A DNA stretch of 59,893 nucleotides, the filler included. It is 4 parts of 4 records of this genome, joined end to end, with 100 filler letters (N's around TTAATTAATTAA, not from the genome) between each part and the next. Parts side by side here need not be neighbours in the genome. Positions count along the whole stretch, not along the records: positions 41,294 to 59,893 come from DRR723986_7451; 3 more parts are not named here. One strand, given 5' to 3'. Positions 45,907 through 56,263 of the stretch are shown here, piece by piece. The position numbers and the translations under genes are program-made. Under the pieces are notes generated by a model. It was given only the letters and a program-made list of their open reading frames with translations, was not told the origin of the DNA and searched no databases. Each line of letters starts with the position of its first letter. Position 1 is the first letter of the stretch.

Positions 45907-46683
45907 ATGGCAAGACGCAGGAGTACTCGTGGTCCCTGGTTCTGGCGTGGCACCATAGGTGCCATGCTGACCGGCGTGTTCGGCCTGTTCGCACTGGTCG
46001 CTTTCAGCCAGCCGCCTGCCGTGGCGCCGGACACCAGCTGCCGCCTGGACCACAAGGACCCGGCGCATACGATCCTTCTGATCGACCAGTCGGACCCGTT
46101 CAATCCGAACGACATGGATTGGGTGCGCGAACTGGTGAACGACGAGGCCCGGTCACTGCCGAAGTTTGGCAAGCTGAGCGTGATGGTTCCCAACGCAGCA
46201 GACCCGTACAATCCGAAAGTTCTGTACACGTCCTGCTCGCCGGGCAGCGCAGCTGCGGCAAACCCGATCACGCAGAACCCGAAAATGATCGAACAGGCCT
46301 GGCAGAAGAAATTCTACCAGCCGCTGGTCGGCACGGTGGAAGAGGCGCTGATGGACAAGGAGCAGCCAAGCTCTCCGCTGAGCGAAGCGATCTACTCGAT
46401 CTCCGACCGGGCAGACTTCCAGCCCCAACAGGCCGGGCGCCGCGTCGTGCTCGTCTCAGACCTGATGCAGCATTCCGGCGGCTTCTCCTTCTACAAGATG
46501 GGCGCCGACTATGATGCCTATCTGGAATCGGAACTGGCCGAAACGAAGCCCAAGCTGGAAGGCGTCGACGTCGTCGCCCGAATCGTGCCGCGCCAGATCT
46601 ACGACCTGCCGGTTGCGGACGTAAAAGGCTTCTGGCGCGCCTACTTCAACGATGCCGGCGCGATCTACGGGTCTGTGAACTAA
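45907..46683 (+). CDS. Membrane-anchored vWA-like protein
   Basis: GGAG RBS, one TM, MIDAS-like LLIDQSD, SSPLSEAI and VLVSDL; 14 bp after the preceding gene. Confidence 0.65.
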   Translation: MARRRSTRGPWFWRGTIGAMLTGVFGLFALVAFSQPPAVAPDTSCRLDHKDPAHTILLIDQSDPFNPNDMDWVRELVNDEARSLPKFGKLSVMVPNAADPYNPKVLYTSCSPGSAAAANPITQNPKMIEQAWQKKFYQPLVGTVEEALMDKEQPSSPLSEAIYSISDRADFQPQQAGRRVVLVSDLMQHSGGFSFYKMGADYDAYLESELAETKPKLEGVDVVARIVPRQIYDLPVADVKGFWRAYFNDAGAIYGSVN

Positions 46684-46706
46684 GTAAGGACGCAAGCCCG
46701 CGCGCG

Positions 46707-46779
46707 CGATTTCGCTCAGCATGAGCGCTGAGGAAGTGCATCACAGAATGGAACCCATCCTGAACGAGGTCGAAGGATG
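46707..46779. repeat. Imperfect inverted repeat (REP-like/terminator) between convergent genes
   Basis: CGATTTCGCTCAGCATGAGC (46707-46726) pairs 14/20 with ACCCATCCTGAACGAGGTCG (46753-46772); the second arm also folds on itself (CATCCT...AGGATG). Confidence 0.45.
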
Positions 46780-46800
46780 ATTGCAGAGGGAGCGCTGGGC

Positions 46801-47577
46801 TCAGTCCTCAAAAACCCCGATTACCGGCACATGGTCTGACGGTTTGTCCAGGCTGCGGGCCTTGCGGTAGATTTCGACGGACTGGAGCCGGTCGGCGGCC
46901 TGCGGGGAGACCAGCAGATGGTCGATCCGGATGCCATGGTCCTTCTGGAAGGCGCCGCCCTGATAGTCCCAGAAGGTGTACTGGTGGGCGCGGCCATCGG
47001 TGATTTCGAACGCATCCGCCATGCCGAGGTTCTTGATCCGGCGGAAGGCTTCACGCGTTTCGGGCAGGGCGAGGGCGTCATCGGCCCATTTGGTCTCGTC
47101 CCAGCAATCCACCGCCGTGGGGATCGTGTTGTAGTCGCCGCAGAGGACGTAAGGCTCCTCGGCCTTCAGCCGCTCGCGGGCATGATCCAGCAGGCAGGCC
47201 ATCCATTCGAGCTTGTAGTTGAATTTCGGGCCCGGCGCCGGGTTGCCGTTCGGCAGGTAGAGCCCGCCGACCCGTACCGGCCGGTCGGCCATGACCAGCG
47301 CTTCGATGAAGCGGGCCTGGCCGTCCTCCATGGTGGAGAGGCCTTTCGTCACATCGTCCAGCGGATATTTCGAGAGAATGGCCACGCCGTTGTAGCTTTT
47401 CTGGCCCAGCACGGCGCAGTTCCAGCCGGCTTCTTCCAGTTCCATGTAGGGGAAGGCGTCCGTCTCGCACTTCAGTTCCTGAAGGCAGACGACATCACAA
47501 TCGATGTTCTGCAGCACTTCCTGCACAGTCGGGAAGCGCGCTTTGATCGAATTGACGTTCCATGTGGCAATACGCAT
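46801..47577 (-). CDS. xth: Exodeoxyribonuclease III
   Basis: [42 protein letters not shown] and SDHVP; true start 47577. Confidence 0.95.
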   Translation of the reverse strand: MRIATWNVNSIKARFPTVQEVLQNIDCDVVCLQELKCETDAFPYMELEEAGWNCAVLGQKSYNGVAILSKYPLDDVTKGLSTMEDGQARFIEALVMADRPVRVGGLYLPNGNPAPGPKFNYKLEWMACLLDHARERLKAEEPYVLCGDYNTIPTAVDCWDETKWADDALALPETREAFRRIKNLGMADAFEITDGRAHQYTFWDYQGGAFQKDHGIRIDHLLVSPQAADRLQSVEIYRKARSLDKPSDHVPVIGVFED

Positions 47578-47661
47578 GCGCTGACCTTTAAGCAGCTTCG
47601 CCCCATTGTTCCAGCCAGTTACGGCCCTTATACTCCCGGAAACTTCAAGGAGACCCCCGGC

Positions 47662-47877
47662 ATGGCCCCCAGCTGGATTCAAATGCTGATCGTTGTGATC
47701 GTCGCGCTGCTGCTGTTTGGCGGCCGGGGCCGGATTTCCGGTATCATGACCGACATGGCGAAAGGCATCGGCGCCTTCCGCAAGGGCCTCAAGGATGAGG
47801 ACGAACCCAAGGCGGTCGACAAGGAAGACATGGTCGATGTCACGCCCCAGAAGGACGAAACCAAGGCTTCGTCCTGA
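47662..47877 (+). CDS. tatA: Twin-arginine translocase TatA
   Basis: AAGGAG RBS; TM-FGG hinge-amphipathic helix [11 protein letters not shown]; first gene of tatABC. Confidence 0.92.
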   Translation: MAPSWIQMLIVVIVALLLFGGRGRISGIMTDMAKGIGAFRKGLKDEDEPKAVDKEDMVDVTPQKDETKASS

Positions 47878-47899
47878 ACCCTGACGGAGGGCGCACCCC

Positions 47900-48340
47900 A
47901 TGCTGCCCGGACTCGGTTTTACCGAACTTATGGTGCTGGCCGTTGCGGCCCTGATCATCGTGGGTCCAAAGGACCTGCCGATGATGATGCGCCGTCTTGG
48001 CCAGTTTGTAGGCAAGGGCCGCGCCATGGCGCGCGAGTTCCAGGCCGCATTTGACGACATCGCCCGTCAGAGCGAACTCGACGACCTGCGCAAGGAAATC
48101 GAGGAATTGAAGATTTCCAATTCGCTGAAGCAGGCGACGAGCGACCTTTCCGACTATGAAAAGGACGTGAACTCCGCCGTCATGGCGCAGTCGCGGTCCG
48201 AGGCGGCGGCGAAGCTGGCCGAGCAGACTTCTCCGGAAATGCCGGAGTCCAAACCGGAATCAAAGCCTGAGGCGAAATCCGAACCGGACACCAAGCCCGA
48301 AACTGGCCCCGCCCCTGAGCCGAAGGGGGATCCGGCATGA
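47900..48340 (+). CDS. tatB: Twin-arginine translocase TatB
   Basis: GFTELMVLAVAALIIVGPKDLP; Pro/Glu/Lys-rich tail. Confidence 0.95.
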   Translation: MLPGLGFTELMVLAVAALIIVGPKDLPMMMRRLGQFVGKGRAMAREFQAAFDDIARQSELDDLRKEIEELKISNSLKQATSDLSDYEKDVNSAVMAQSRSEAAAKLAEQTSPEMPESKPESKPEAKSEPDTKPETGPAPEPKGDPA

Positions 48341-49164
48341 CGCATACGCCCCCCAAGGACGAGCAGCCTGAAATCCTGGAAGACGAGGTCGAGACCTCCC
48401 GCGCGCCGCTGCTGGAACATCTGACCGAGCTACGCTCCCGGCTGATCTGGAGCCTTCTGGCCCTGGCGGTGGCGACGATCGGCTGTTTCTTCTTCGCGCA
48501 GGACATCTACGAATTCCTGCTGGATCCGTTCGCCCGCATGGCGCAGGAGATCCGCGGCGCGAAACTGGACTTCATCTACACCGCGCCGATGGAGTTCTTC
48601 TTCGCCAAGTTGAAGCTCGCCCTGTTTGCGGGCATCTTCGTGGCATTCCCCTTTGTTGCCTGGCAGGTCTACGCCTTCGTGGCACCGGGCCTTTACAAGA
48701 ATGAGCGCGGCGCCTTCTGGCCATACCTGGTTCTGGCGCCGATTCTGTTCTCTTCCGGCGCGGCTTTCGTCTATTACGTCATGCTGCCGATGCTGGCGCG
48801 GTTCACCGTGGGCATGGAGCTGACCGACAGCGAGGTCGCCAACATCACCATGTTGCCCAGGGTGGCGGATTACCTGTCGCTCGTGATGGCGCTGATGCTG
48901 GCGTTCGGCATTTCGTTCCAGCTGCCGCTGATCCTGACTCTGCTCGGCAAGATCGGGGTCGTCAGCTCTGAAGGCCTGTCCAAAGGACGGAAGTTTGCGG
49001 TTGTCGGCATTCTTGCATTTTCGGCTCTGTTCACGCCGCCGGATGCAATCTCGCAGATCCTGCTGGCGGCGCCCGTGCTGTTCCTCTATGAGGTCGGCAT
49101 TCTGAGCGTGAAATTGATTGAGAAGAAAGAAGCTGAGCGCGAGGCGACTTCCGCTGCGGAATGA
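48337..49164 (+). CDS. tatC: Twin-arginine translocase TatC
   Basis: PLLEHLTELRSRL, FVAPGLYKNE, FQLP, TPPD and LYE. Confidence 0.97.
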   Translation: MTHTPPKDEQPEILEDEVETSRAPLLEHLTELRSRLIWSLLALAVATIGCFFFAQDIYEFLLDPFARMAQEIRGAKLDFIYTAPMEFFFAKLKLALFAGIFVAFPFVAWQVYAFVAPGLYKNERGAFWPYLVLAPILFSSGAAFVYYVMLPMLARFTVGMELTDSEVANITMLPRVADYLSLVMALMLAFGISFQLPLILTLLGKIGVVSSEGLSKGRKFAVVGILAFSALFTPPDAISQILLAAPVLFLYEVGILSVKLIEKKEAEREATSAAE

Positions 49165-49251
49165 CTGCGTCGCTGTGCGGCGCTGTTGAAATGACCGCAC
49201 GGATGTAGAACCTTACAAATGAGCCTGGCCTTGAGAAGCAAGGAGTAGTCT

Positions 49252-50379
49252 GTGGCGCGCGTGAAGAGCGTACTGCTCGTGGATTTTGACAACATTTTCG
49301 CCGCCACGGGCATGGCCATGGTCGACACGTTGCCGAAATGGCTTCTGTGGCTGACCGATGGTGCGCTGTCGGAGAAGGGACTCCGCCGCAAATTCGTCTC
49401 CAAACGGGTCTACTGGAACAGCCAGTATGACGTGCACCGCGAAGCCTTCCAGGCGGCGGGCTTCGAGACGTTCGACTGCCGCGCCCATGCCAAGACGAAG
49501 ATCGCCTCGGGCAAGTCTTCGGCCGACATTGTCATGACCATGGATGCCATTGAGTTGCACCACACGATGGGCGGCATCGATGAAATGGTCATCCTGACTA
49601 CCGATTCCGATTTCGTGCCCGTGGTAAACCGCCTCCAGCTGGCAGGCCTGCGTGTCGTCACGGCGGGCAAGGAAACCGACCCGACCTATCAACTATACTC
49701 CGAACATGCCGACGGCGTGATCCATATCGGTGCGTTGAAGTCGGCCTTCGATTATGAGCGCACGCCGCGCAAATGGTACAAGCTTCGCTCCGATCCGCCG
49801 GTGATCGCGCCGCTGCGCCAGCAGGCAGAGCGCCGCTCGCCGCTGATGAAGAAAGTACGCGAAGCGGTGCGTGTGGAGAAAGCAAACGGCACCCCGGCCG
49901 CGGTCCAGCAGATGCGGCTCGCCGCCGATATCGTGATGCAGCTGGGCGCCCGCACACCTGACCAGCCGCTGCCGCGCAACAAGGTGATCCGCGTGCTGGA
50001 AGGCGTGGAAGGCTTCCAGACCAAATATGGTAACCGGGTGAAGCCGTGGCTGGGCCAGAAGAACTTCAAGACGCTGATGTACAAGCTGTCGAAGGAAAAC
50101 CCGGACATCGAGGTCACGGAACTCGCCGACAAGACGGTGCGCATCGTGTGCCGCGTCCGCGGGCCACGTGGCCGGCGCGGCCGCATGGTCGGTGTACCAT
50201 CGCCGCTGGCGCCGCCGCCCAAAAAGCCTGAGCTGCCTGTAGAAACGGCATCGGAGAAGCCGCCTGAGAAATCCAACGGGCAGGCGCCGGAAAAAGTGAT
50301 CGATGCGGCCGCCGAGAAGCCGGCAGAAAAGCCGGCTGCGGCTGAAACGCGAGTGGACGCGCCTGCCGCAGCGGATTAG
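49252..50379 (+). CDS. NYN (LabA/DUF88, PIN-like) domain protein with a probable LOTUS/OST-HTH domain
   Basis: DFDN, KSSADIVMTMD and TTDSDF acidic motifs; WLGQKNFKTLM winged-helix-like segment; low-complexity tail. Confidence 0.85.
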   Translation: MARVKSVLLVDFDNIFAATGMAMVDTLPKWLLWLTDGALSEKGLRRKFVSKRVYWNSQYDVHREAFQAAGFETFDCRAHAKTKIASGKSSADIVMTMDAIELHHTMGGIDEMVILTTDSDFVPVVNRLQLAGLRVVTAGKETDPTYQLYSEHADGVIHIGALKSAFDYERTPRKWYKLRSDPPVIAPLRQQAERRSPLMKKVREAVRVEKANGTPAAVQQMRLAADIVMQLGARTPDQPLPRNKVIRVLEGVEGFQTKYGNRVKPWLGQKNFKTLMYKLSKENPDIEVTELADKTVRIVCRVRGPRGRRGRMVGVPSPLAPPPKKPELPVETASEKPPEKSNGQAPEKVIDAAAEKPAEKPAAAETRVDAPAAAD

Positions 50380-50427
50380 ACGCTGGGGCTGTAGAAGACC
50401 CTTAAAAGTCATCGAAGGCCCGATCCG

Positions 50428-51708
50428 ATGTTTGACCTCCGCGCGATCCGCGAAAACCCTGAAGCTTTCCGCAAGGCCTGGAACCGGCGCAAGCCGGGCC
50501 TCGGCGATGCGGTGGACGATATTCACCGCCACGATGCGGCCCTGCGTACGGCCCTGACCGACAAGCAGGAAGCCGAGAAACTGCGCAATGAAACGTCCAA
50601 GCAGATCGGCAAAGCGAAGGCGTCCGGCGACGAGGCGGAATTCGAGCGCCTGCGCAAAGTGGTGGCCGATGCCAAGGACACGATCGAGGCTTGCGCCGAG
50701 CAGGAAGAGGCGGCGCGCGCCGAGCTGAACGAGCTGCTCTACGGCCTGCCGAACCTGCCGCTGGATGATGTGCCGGAAGGCCAGGACGAAGAGTCGAATG
50801 TCGAACAGCATCGCTGGGGCGAACCGAAACGGCTGAATGGCCCGAAGGACCATGCCGACCTCGGCGAAGCCCTCGGCATGATGGATTTCGAAACCGCCGC
50901 CAAGATGAGCGGTGCGCGTTTCGTGCTGCTGTCCGGTCAGCTTGCCCGGCTGGAACGGGCGCTCGCCGCCTTCATGCTGGACCTGCAGACCCTCGAACAT
51001 GGGTACACGGAGTGCTCGCCGCCGCTTCTGGTGAAAGACCAGGCGCTGGTCGGTACCGGCCAGTTGCCGAAGTTTGCAGAAGACCTATTCAAGACGACGG
51101 CCGATCACTGGCTGATCCCGACGGCGGAAGTGTCGCTAACGAACATCGTCCGTGAGACAATCATCGAAGCGTCCTACCTGCCGCGCCGTTTCACCGCACA
51201 CACGCCATGCTTCCGGTCGGAAGCGGGCAGTGCGGGGCGTGACACCAAGGGCATGATCCGTCTGCACCAGTTCAACAAAGTAGAACTGGTCTCGGTCGTC
51301 GCCAACGAGGAAGAGGGCCTTGCGGAGCTGGAGCGCATGACGAGCTGCGCCGAGGAAGTGCTGAAGCGGTTCGACCTGCCGTTCCGCCGCGTGTTGCTCT
51401 GCACGGGCGACATGGGGGCCGGGGCGCGCAAGACCTATGACCTCGAAGTCTGGCTGCCGTCGCAGAACACCTATCGCGAGATCAGCTCGTGCTCTTATTG
51501 CGGCGACTATCAGGCCCGCCGGATGGACGCGCGCTACCGGCCCGAGCCCGGCGCAAAACCGGAATTCGTGCACACGCTGAACGGCTCAGGCCTCGCCGTC
51601 GGCCGGACACTGGTCGCCGTGATCGAGAACTACCAGAACGAAGATGGCTCCATCACCGTCCCCGAGGCCCTGCGCCCGTATCTTGGCGGCCTTGAGGTCA
51701 TCTCGTGA
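50428..51708 (+). CDS. serS: Serine--tRNA ligase
   Basis: [29 protein letters not shown] and [12 protein letters not shown]. Confidence 0.98.
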   Translation: MFDLRAIRENPEAFRKAWNRRKPGLGDAVDDIHRHDAALRTALTDKQEAEKLRNETSKQIGKAKASGDEAEFERLRKVVADAKDTIEACAEQEEAARAELNELLYGLPNLPLDDVPEGQDEESNVEQHRWGEPKRLNGPKDHADLGEALGMMDFETAAKMSGARFVLLSGQLARLERALAAFMLDLQTLEHGYTECSPPLLVKDQALVGTGQLPKFAEDLFKTTADHWLIPTAEVSLTNIVRETIIEASYLPRRFTAHTPCFRSEAGSAGRDTKGMIRLHQFNKVELVSVVANEEEGLAELERMTSCAEEVLKRFDLPFRRVLLCTGDMGAGARKTYDLEVWLPSQNTYREISSCSYCGDYQARRMDARYRPEPGAKPEFVHTLNGSGLAVGRTLVAVIENYQNEDGSITVPEALRPYLGGLEVIS

Positions 51709-52466
51709 GAATCCTCCTCACGAACGACGATGGCATCAATGCCCCCGGCCTGTCGGTGCTGGAGGAGATCGCCAAGGAGCTTTCGGACGATATCTGGATC
51801 GCCGCGCCGGAAGAGGAACAGTCCGGCAAGGGCCGCGCCATCTCGCTGACCCATCCGGTGCGCACCCGCAAGGTGGGTGCCCGGGCCTTCGCGATCACCG
51901 GCACGCCGTCCGATTGCGTGCTGCTGGCGACGCATGACCTGATGCCCGACAAGCCGGATCTTGTCCTCTCCGGCGTCAATCGCGGCCAGAACATCGCCGA
52001 GGATACGAGCTTTTCCGGCACGATCGCGGCGGCCATGTTCGGCATGCAGCTGGGCATTCCGTCGATCGCGCTCAGCCAGTCCCAGAATTTCCGCGAGCGC
52101 GGCTCCCTGCCATGGGACACGGCCCGGACCTGGGGTGCCAAGACGCTGCGCCCGCTGATCGACATGGGCTGGCCGGACGATGTGGTGATAAATGTGAACT
52201 TCCCGGACGTGGAGCCCGAGGACGTCCGCGGCGTTCAGATCACCCGTCAGGGCTTCCGCGACGAGTCGATCATCCACACCGACCGGCGGGAAGACCTGCG
52301 CGGGAACGATTATTACTGGATCGGCTATAAGGGCAAATTGTCCAAACCGGATGAAGGAACTGACTTGAGAGCGATCTATGAGGGCTATGTTTCGGTGTCT
52401 CCGCTACATGTGGACTTGACGCACGAGGCGTTCCTCCAAAAGCTCCGGGAGTCATGGCAGGCCTGA
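51705..52466 (+). CDS. surE: 5'/3'-nucleotidase SurE
   Basis: [26 protein letters not shown] and NVNFP. Confidence 0.97.
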   Translation: MRILLTNDDGINAPGLSVLEEIAKELSDDIWIAAPEEEQSGKGRAISLTHPVRTRKVGARAFAITGTPSDCVLLATHDLMPDKPDLVLSGVNRGQNIAEDTSFSGTIAAAMFGMQLGIPSIALSQSQNFRERGSLPWDTARTWGAKTLRPLIDMGWPDDVVINVNFPDVEPEDVRGVQITRQGFRDESIIHTDRREDLRGNDYYWIGYKGKLSKPDEGTDLRAIYEGYVSVSPLHVDLTHEAFLQKLRESWQA

Positions 52467-53107
52467 TCGCCGATCCCTTTCGCGCAGCCCGGCTCGTTCT
52501 CCACCTCAGGCAGGAGGGCGTGACCGATGACGGCGTGCTGCAGGCCATGGAAACCATCGACCGCGCCGCCTTCATCGACGATCCGGGGCTGACAAATCTC
52601 GCTTTCGAGAATGCCATGGTGCCGATCCCATGCGGCCAGATCATTCCGCGCCCGGTCACCACAGGGCAGCTGATTCAGGCACTCGATCTGGAAAAAGGCA
52701 ATGAATTCCGCGTCCTGCTGATCGGTGCAGGCTCCGGCTACACGGCGGCCCTGCTGGCGCAGCTGGCAGCGGACGTGTTTGCGGTGGAGCGTTTCAACAC
52801 CCTCACCGACGCCATCCGGCGGCGAATCCTAGATCTCGAATTGCCCAACCTAGCGGTGCGGTGCGGCGATGGCCTGCTCGGCTGGCCGGAACGGGGACCG
52901 TACGACCGGATCCTGCTGGCAGGGGCCGTGACAGAGATTCCGGATGTCCTGCTCGGCCAGCTTGGCAAGGGCGGCCTGCTGGTGGCCCCGGTGGTCACGT
53001 CAGATGGGCAGGTCCTGATGCGCCTGCACGAGAATGGCGAGCGCCAACGGCTGGGCTTCCGGCATGCGTTGCCACTGTTGCGCGAAGGCCCCGCACAGGC
53101 GCTCTGA
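52454..53107 (+). CDS. pcm: Protein-L-isoaspartate O-methyltransferase (divergent)
   Basis: [23 protein letters not shown] and QLGKGG; follows surE; ISQP is altered to IPRP and LEIG to LLIG. Confidence 0.85.
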   Translation: MAGLIADPFRAARLVLHLRQEGVTDDGVLQAMETIDRAAFIDDPGLTNLAFENAMVPIPCGQIIPRPVTTGQLIQALDLEKGNEFRVLLIGAGSGYTAALLAQLAADVFAVERFNTLTDAIRRRILDLELPNLAVRCGDGLLGWPERGPYDRILLAGAVTEIPDVLLGQLGKGGLLVAPVVTSDGQVLMRLHENGERQRLGFRHALPLLREGPAQAL

Positions 53108-53200
53108 CTGCGAATTCGCGCCTGCAGCCCTTGTTTGCCAATCCCTGCGGCCACAGCTATAGGGGCGTATCTTTTTCAGGGGCCAGAAGAGAGGAAAATC

Positions 53201-53572
53201 ATGGCGAACAAGCACGTAGCGCTGCTTATCGGAGCGGTCTTGTCGGCGCTTCCGGCAGCTGCCCAGGAAGCGGGTGCCCGTCCGGGCGGCGGCCTGTTCG
53301 AATTGCTGATCATGCCGATCGGACTGGTGGCCATCTTCTACTTCCTGCTGATCCGCCCGCAGCAGCAGCGCGCCAAGAAACACTCCTCCATGCTGACGTC
53401 CCTGAAGCGAGGCGACACGGTCGTCACCTCAGGCGGCCTCGTCGGCAAGGTAAACAAGGTGTTCGACGACGAAATCTCCCTCGACCTGGGCGAAAACGTG
53501 AAAGTTCGCGTGATCAAGACCATGGTCATCGAGGTACGCGGCAAGGCCGAACCGGTCGCAGCAAACGACTAG
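53201..53572 (+). CDS. yajC: Preprotein translocase subunit YajC
   Basis: FYFLLIRPQQQR and GDTVVTSGGLVG; GAGG RBS before ATG 53201. Confidence 0.95.
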   Translation: MANKHVALLIGAVLSALPAAAQEAGARPGGGLFELLIMPIGLVAIFYFLLIRPQQQRAKKHSSMLTSLKRGDTVVTSGGLVGKVNKVFDDEISLDLGENVKVRVIKTMVIEVRGKAEPVAAND

Positions 53573-53624
53573 GCCCAACGACTGAGCCCTGCACCCATCG
53601 GCGCGGCCATTCAAGGATTCACAC

Positions 53625-55229
53625 ATGCTTCAGTTTCCACCCTGGAAGATCGGCCTGATTGCTATGATTCTTCTGTGGGGCGTCGTCCTGGCGCTTCCGA
53701 ACGTGGTGAACATGTCCGGCGCGCCGGGCTGGATGCCGAAGAAGGGCGTGAATCTGGGGCTGGACCTGCAGGGCGGCGTCTATCTGATGATGGAAATCGA
53801 GGCCGATGAAGTCGTTGCCAACCGCCTCGATGTGCTGTCCCGCGACGTGTCGTCGACGCTGACCACGCCGCAGTCGGACCGCATCTTTAACCTGCCGGAA
53901 GTGAAGGGCCGCGAACTGGTCGTTCGCCTCACCCGTCCGGACGTCGATGGCAATTTCCGCACCGAAGACGCGCTGAAGCGCCTTCAGAAGCTGAACGGCC
54001 CCGTTGGCGGCGTCATTGGCGGCGCGCAGATGTATGAAATGCGCATTTCCGGCAAGGACACGATCACCATCACCGTGCCGCAGGCCGCTGAGGAATCGCT
54101 GTTGAAGGATGCCCTCAACAAGACGATGACGATCGTGCGCCGCCGCGTGGACCCGGAAGGCGTTTCCGAAATTTCGATCACGCCGCAGGGCAACAACCGG
54201 ATCATTCTGGAAGCCCCGGGCGAGCCGGATCCGCAGCGCCTGAAAGACCTGCTGAACCGCGATGGCCGGATGACCTTCAACCTGGTCGATTCCAGCCCTG
54301 CCGCGATCCAGGCTGCGCAGGCCGGTGCTGTGAAACCGGGTTTCCGCCTGCTGACGGGTGACGAGACAGGCCCGCTGCTGGTGAACAATATTCCGGAGAT
54401 CGTCGGGTCCGACATCGCCAATGCCGCGCAAGGCTTTGACGAACAGAACCGCCCGCAGATCACCTTCCGTCTGAATGGCAACGGCGCGCGCAAATTCTAC
54501 GAGACGACGGCCAAGAACACCGGAAAGCAGTTTGCCATCGTGCTGGACGAGCACGTCATGTCGGCGCCGAACATCAACGAGCCGATCCCGGGCGGGAACG
54601 TCCGCATCACCGGCAACTTCACCCAGCAGGAAGCCATCGATCTCGCCGCCATCATTGAGGCGGGCGAGATGCCGGCCAAGCTGCAATTCCTCGACCAGCG
54701 GACGGTCAGCCCGACGCTCGGACAGGACTCGATTAATGCCGGTTACACGGCAGCCCTGATCGGCCTCGCAGCCGTCGCTGTCTTCATGGTGCTGATCTAC
54801 GGAACGCTCGGCTTCTTCGCGGTGCTGTCCCTGTCCTGCAACATCATTCTGATCTTTGCCGGTCTGTCCGGTGTGGGGGCGACGCTGACATTGCCGGGCA
54901 TCGCCGGTATCATCCTGACCATCGGTATGGCGGTGGATGCCAACGTGCTGGTGTTCGAACGGATCCGGGAAGAGCAGGGTGAAGGCCGCTCGCCCTGGAC
55001 GGCCACGCAGGCCGGCTATGAGCGCGCCCTGTCGACCATCATGGACGCCAACATTACCACGCTGATCGCCGCGACGATCCTTTACCTGCTGGGCTCCGGT
55101 CCGGTGAAAGGCTTTGCCGTGACCCTGTCGATCGGCATCGTGACGTCTGTTTTCACAGCCTATGTGGTCACCCGGATGATCACGGTCGGATATATGAAAC
55201 TGCTGAAACCCAAGCGGTTCGGAATTTAG
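53625..55229 (+). CDS. secD: Protein translocase subunit SecD
   Basis: LGLDLQGG, AIVLD, TLPGIAG, GMAVDANV, DANITT and GPVKGFA. Confidence 0.97.
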   Translation: MLQFPPWKIGLIAMILLWGVVLALPNVVNMSGAPGWMPKKGVNLGLDLQGGVYLMMEIEADEVVANRLDVLSRDVSSTLTTPQSDRIFNLPEVKGRELVVRLTRPDVDGNFRTEDALKRLQKLNGPVGGVIGGAQMYEMRISGKDTITITVPQAAEESLLKDALNKTMTIVRRRVDPEGVSEISITPQGNNRIILEAPGEPDPQRLKDLLNRDGRMTFNLVDSSPAAIQAAQAGAVKPGFRLLTGDETGPLLVNNIPEIVGSDIANAAQGFDEQNRPQITFRLNGNGARKFYETTAKNTGKQFAIVLDEHVMSAPNINEPIPGGNVRITGNFTQQEAIDLAAIIEAGEMPAKLQFLDQRTVSPTLGQDSINAGYTAALIGLAAVAVFMVLIYGTLGFFAVLSLSCNIILIFAGLSGVGATLTLPGIAGIILTIGMAVDANVLVFERIREEQGEGRSPWTATQAGYERALSTIMDANITTLIAATILYLLGSGPVKGFAVTLSIGIVTSVFTAYVVTRMITVGYMKLLKPKRFGI

Positions 55230-55245
55230 GGGCAGGAGAGACGCT

Positions 55246-56238
55246 ATGCTGATCAAGTACTGGCCCGAACGGACGAACGTCCCCTTCATGAACATGCGGA
55301 TCGCCGGGGCCCTGTTCTCGATGATCCTGATTGCCGCTTCCGCCTTCCTGCTGGGGACGCGCGGCCTCAATTTCGGCGTCGATTTCGCTGGCGGTACGGT
55401 CATGGAACTGGCCAAGACCGATACGGTCACCGTGCCGGCCGTCCGCGCCGCGATGCCGATCAATGCCGAGGTCAACAGCGCCCGCGGCACGGATGGGCGC
55501 GAGATTGTTGTTGTGAAATTCGGCGAAGCGCCCCCGGACCTTCTTGGCGATGACTTCCAGTCGCTGACTGACGAGCAGAAAGCGGAACGCGCATCCGGCG
55601 CCACCAACGAGTTGATCGTGCAGACATTATCGGAGGCGTTTAATCTGAGCGTTGAGAACGGCGATTTCCTGCGCAACGACTCCGTTGGCCCGAAAGTGTC
55701 GAAAGAGCTGTTCACGGACGGAATTACGGCGCTGATCGTCGCCCTGGCCATGATGCTGGTCTATATCTGGTTCCGCTTCCAGTGGCAGTTCTCGGTGGGT
55801 GCCATCGCGGCGCTGGCGCACGACGTGATCATCACGCTCGGCATGTTTGCGCTGCTGCGGATCGAGTTCAACCTCACCTCCATCGCGGCGCTGCTGACGA
55901 TCATCGGTTACTCCATGAACGATACGGTCGTCGTGTTCGACCGCATCCGGGAAGACCGCCGCAAGTACAAGAAGATGCCGGACCGCGAAGTGATCGACAT
56001 GTCGCTGAACACGACCCTGTCGCGTACCTTGCTGACCTCCGGCACGACGCTGATCTCACTGTTCGCGATCTATTTCCTCGGCGGCCCCGTGCTGCAGGGC
56101 ATGAGCTTCGCGCTGATCTTCGGTATATTTATCGGTACCTATTCGTCGATCTTCATCGCCTCGGCGCTGGTCCTGTCACTCGGCATGGACTTCACCCGGA
56201 AGACGGCCGAGGAAGTGCAGGGCTTCACCGGCGTCTAG
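55246..56238 (+). CDS. secF: Protein translocase subunit SecF
   Basis: GVDFAGG, VGP, HDV, GYSMNDTVVVFDRIRE and GTYSSIFIA. Confidence 0.97.
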   Translation: MLIKYWPERTNVPFMNMRIAGALFSMILIAASAFLLGTRGLNFGVDFAGGTVMELAKTDTVTVPAVRAAMPINAEVNSARGTDGREIVVVKFGEAPPDLLGDDFQSLTDEQKAERASGATNELIVQTLSEAFNLSVENGDFLRNDSVGPKVSKELFTDGITALIVALAMMLVYIWFRFQWQFSVGAIAALAHDVIITLGMFALLRIEFNLTSIAALLTIIGYSMNDTVVVFDRIREDRRKYKKMPDREVIDMSLNTTLSRTLLTSGTTLISLFAIYFLGGPVLQGMSFALIFGIFIGTYSSIFIASALVLSLGMDFTRKTAEEVQGFTGV

Positions 56239-56263
56239 GCGCCGATTGGCTCAAGGGCGGGGC

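Noticed and set aside
46801-48060. Long N-terminal extensions of xth (419 aa) and tatA (319 aa) in the ORF track
   Set aside because: Each extension is the antisense of the neighbouring gene; the real starts are 47577 and 47662.
14247-49164. Functional link between the Tat-signal DUF1501 protein and tatABC, or between secA and secDF
   Set aside because: They are on different contigs from different organisms.
53619-55751. 710-aa antisense ORF over secD/secF (likewise 49693-51000, 57772-58719, 48430-49200)
   Set aside because: Shadow ORFs opposite unambiguous conserved genes.
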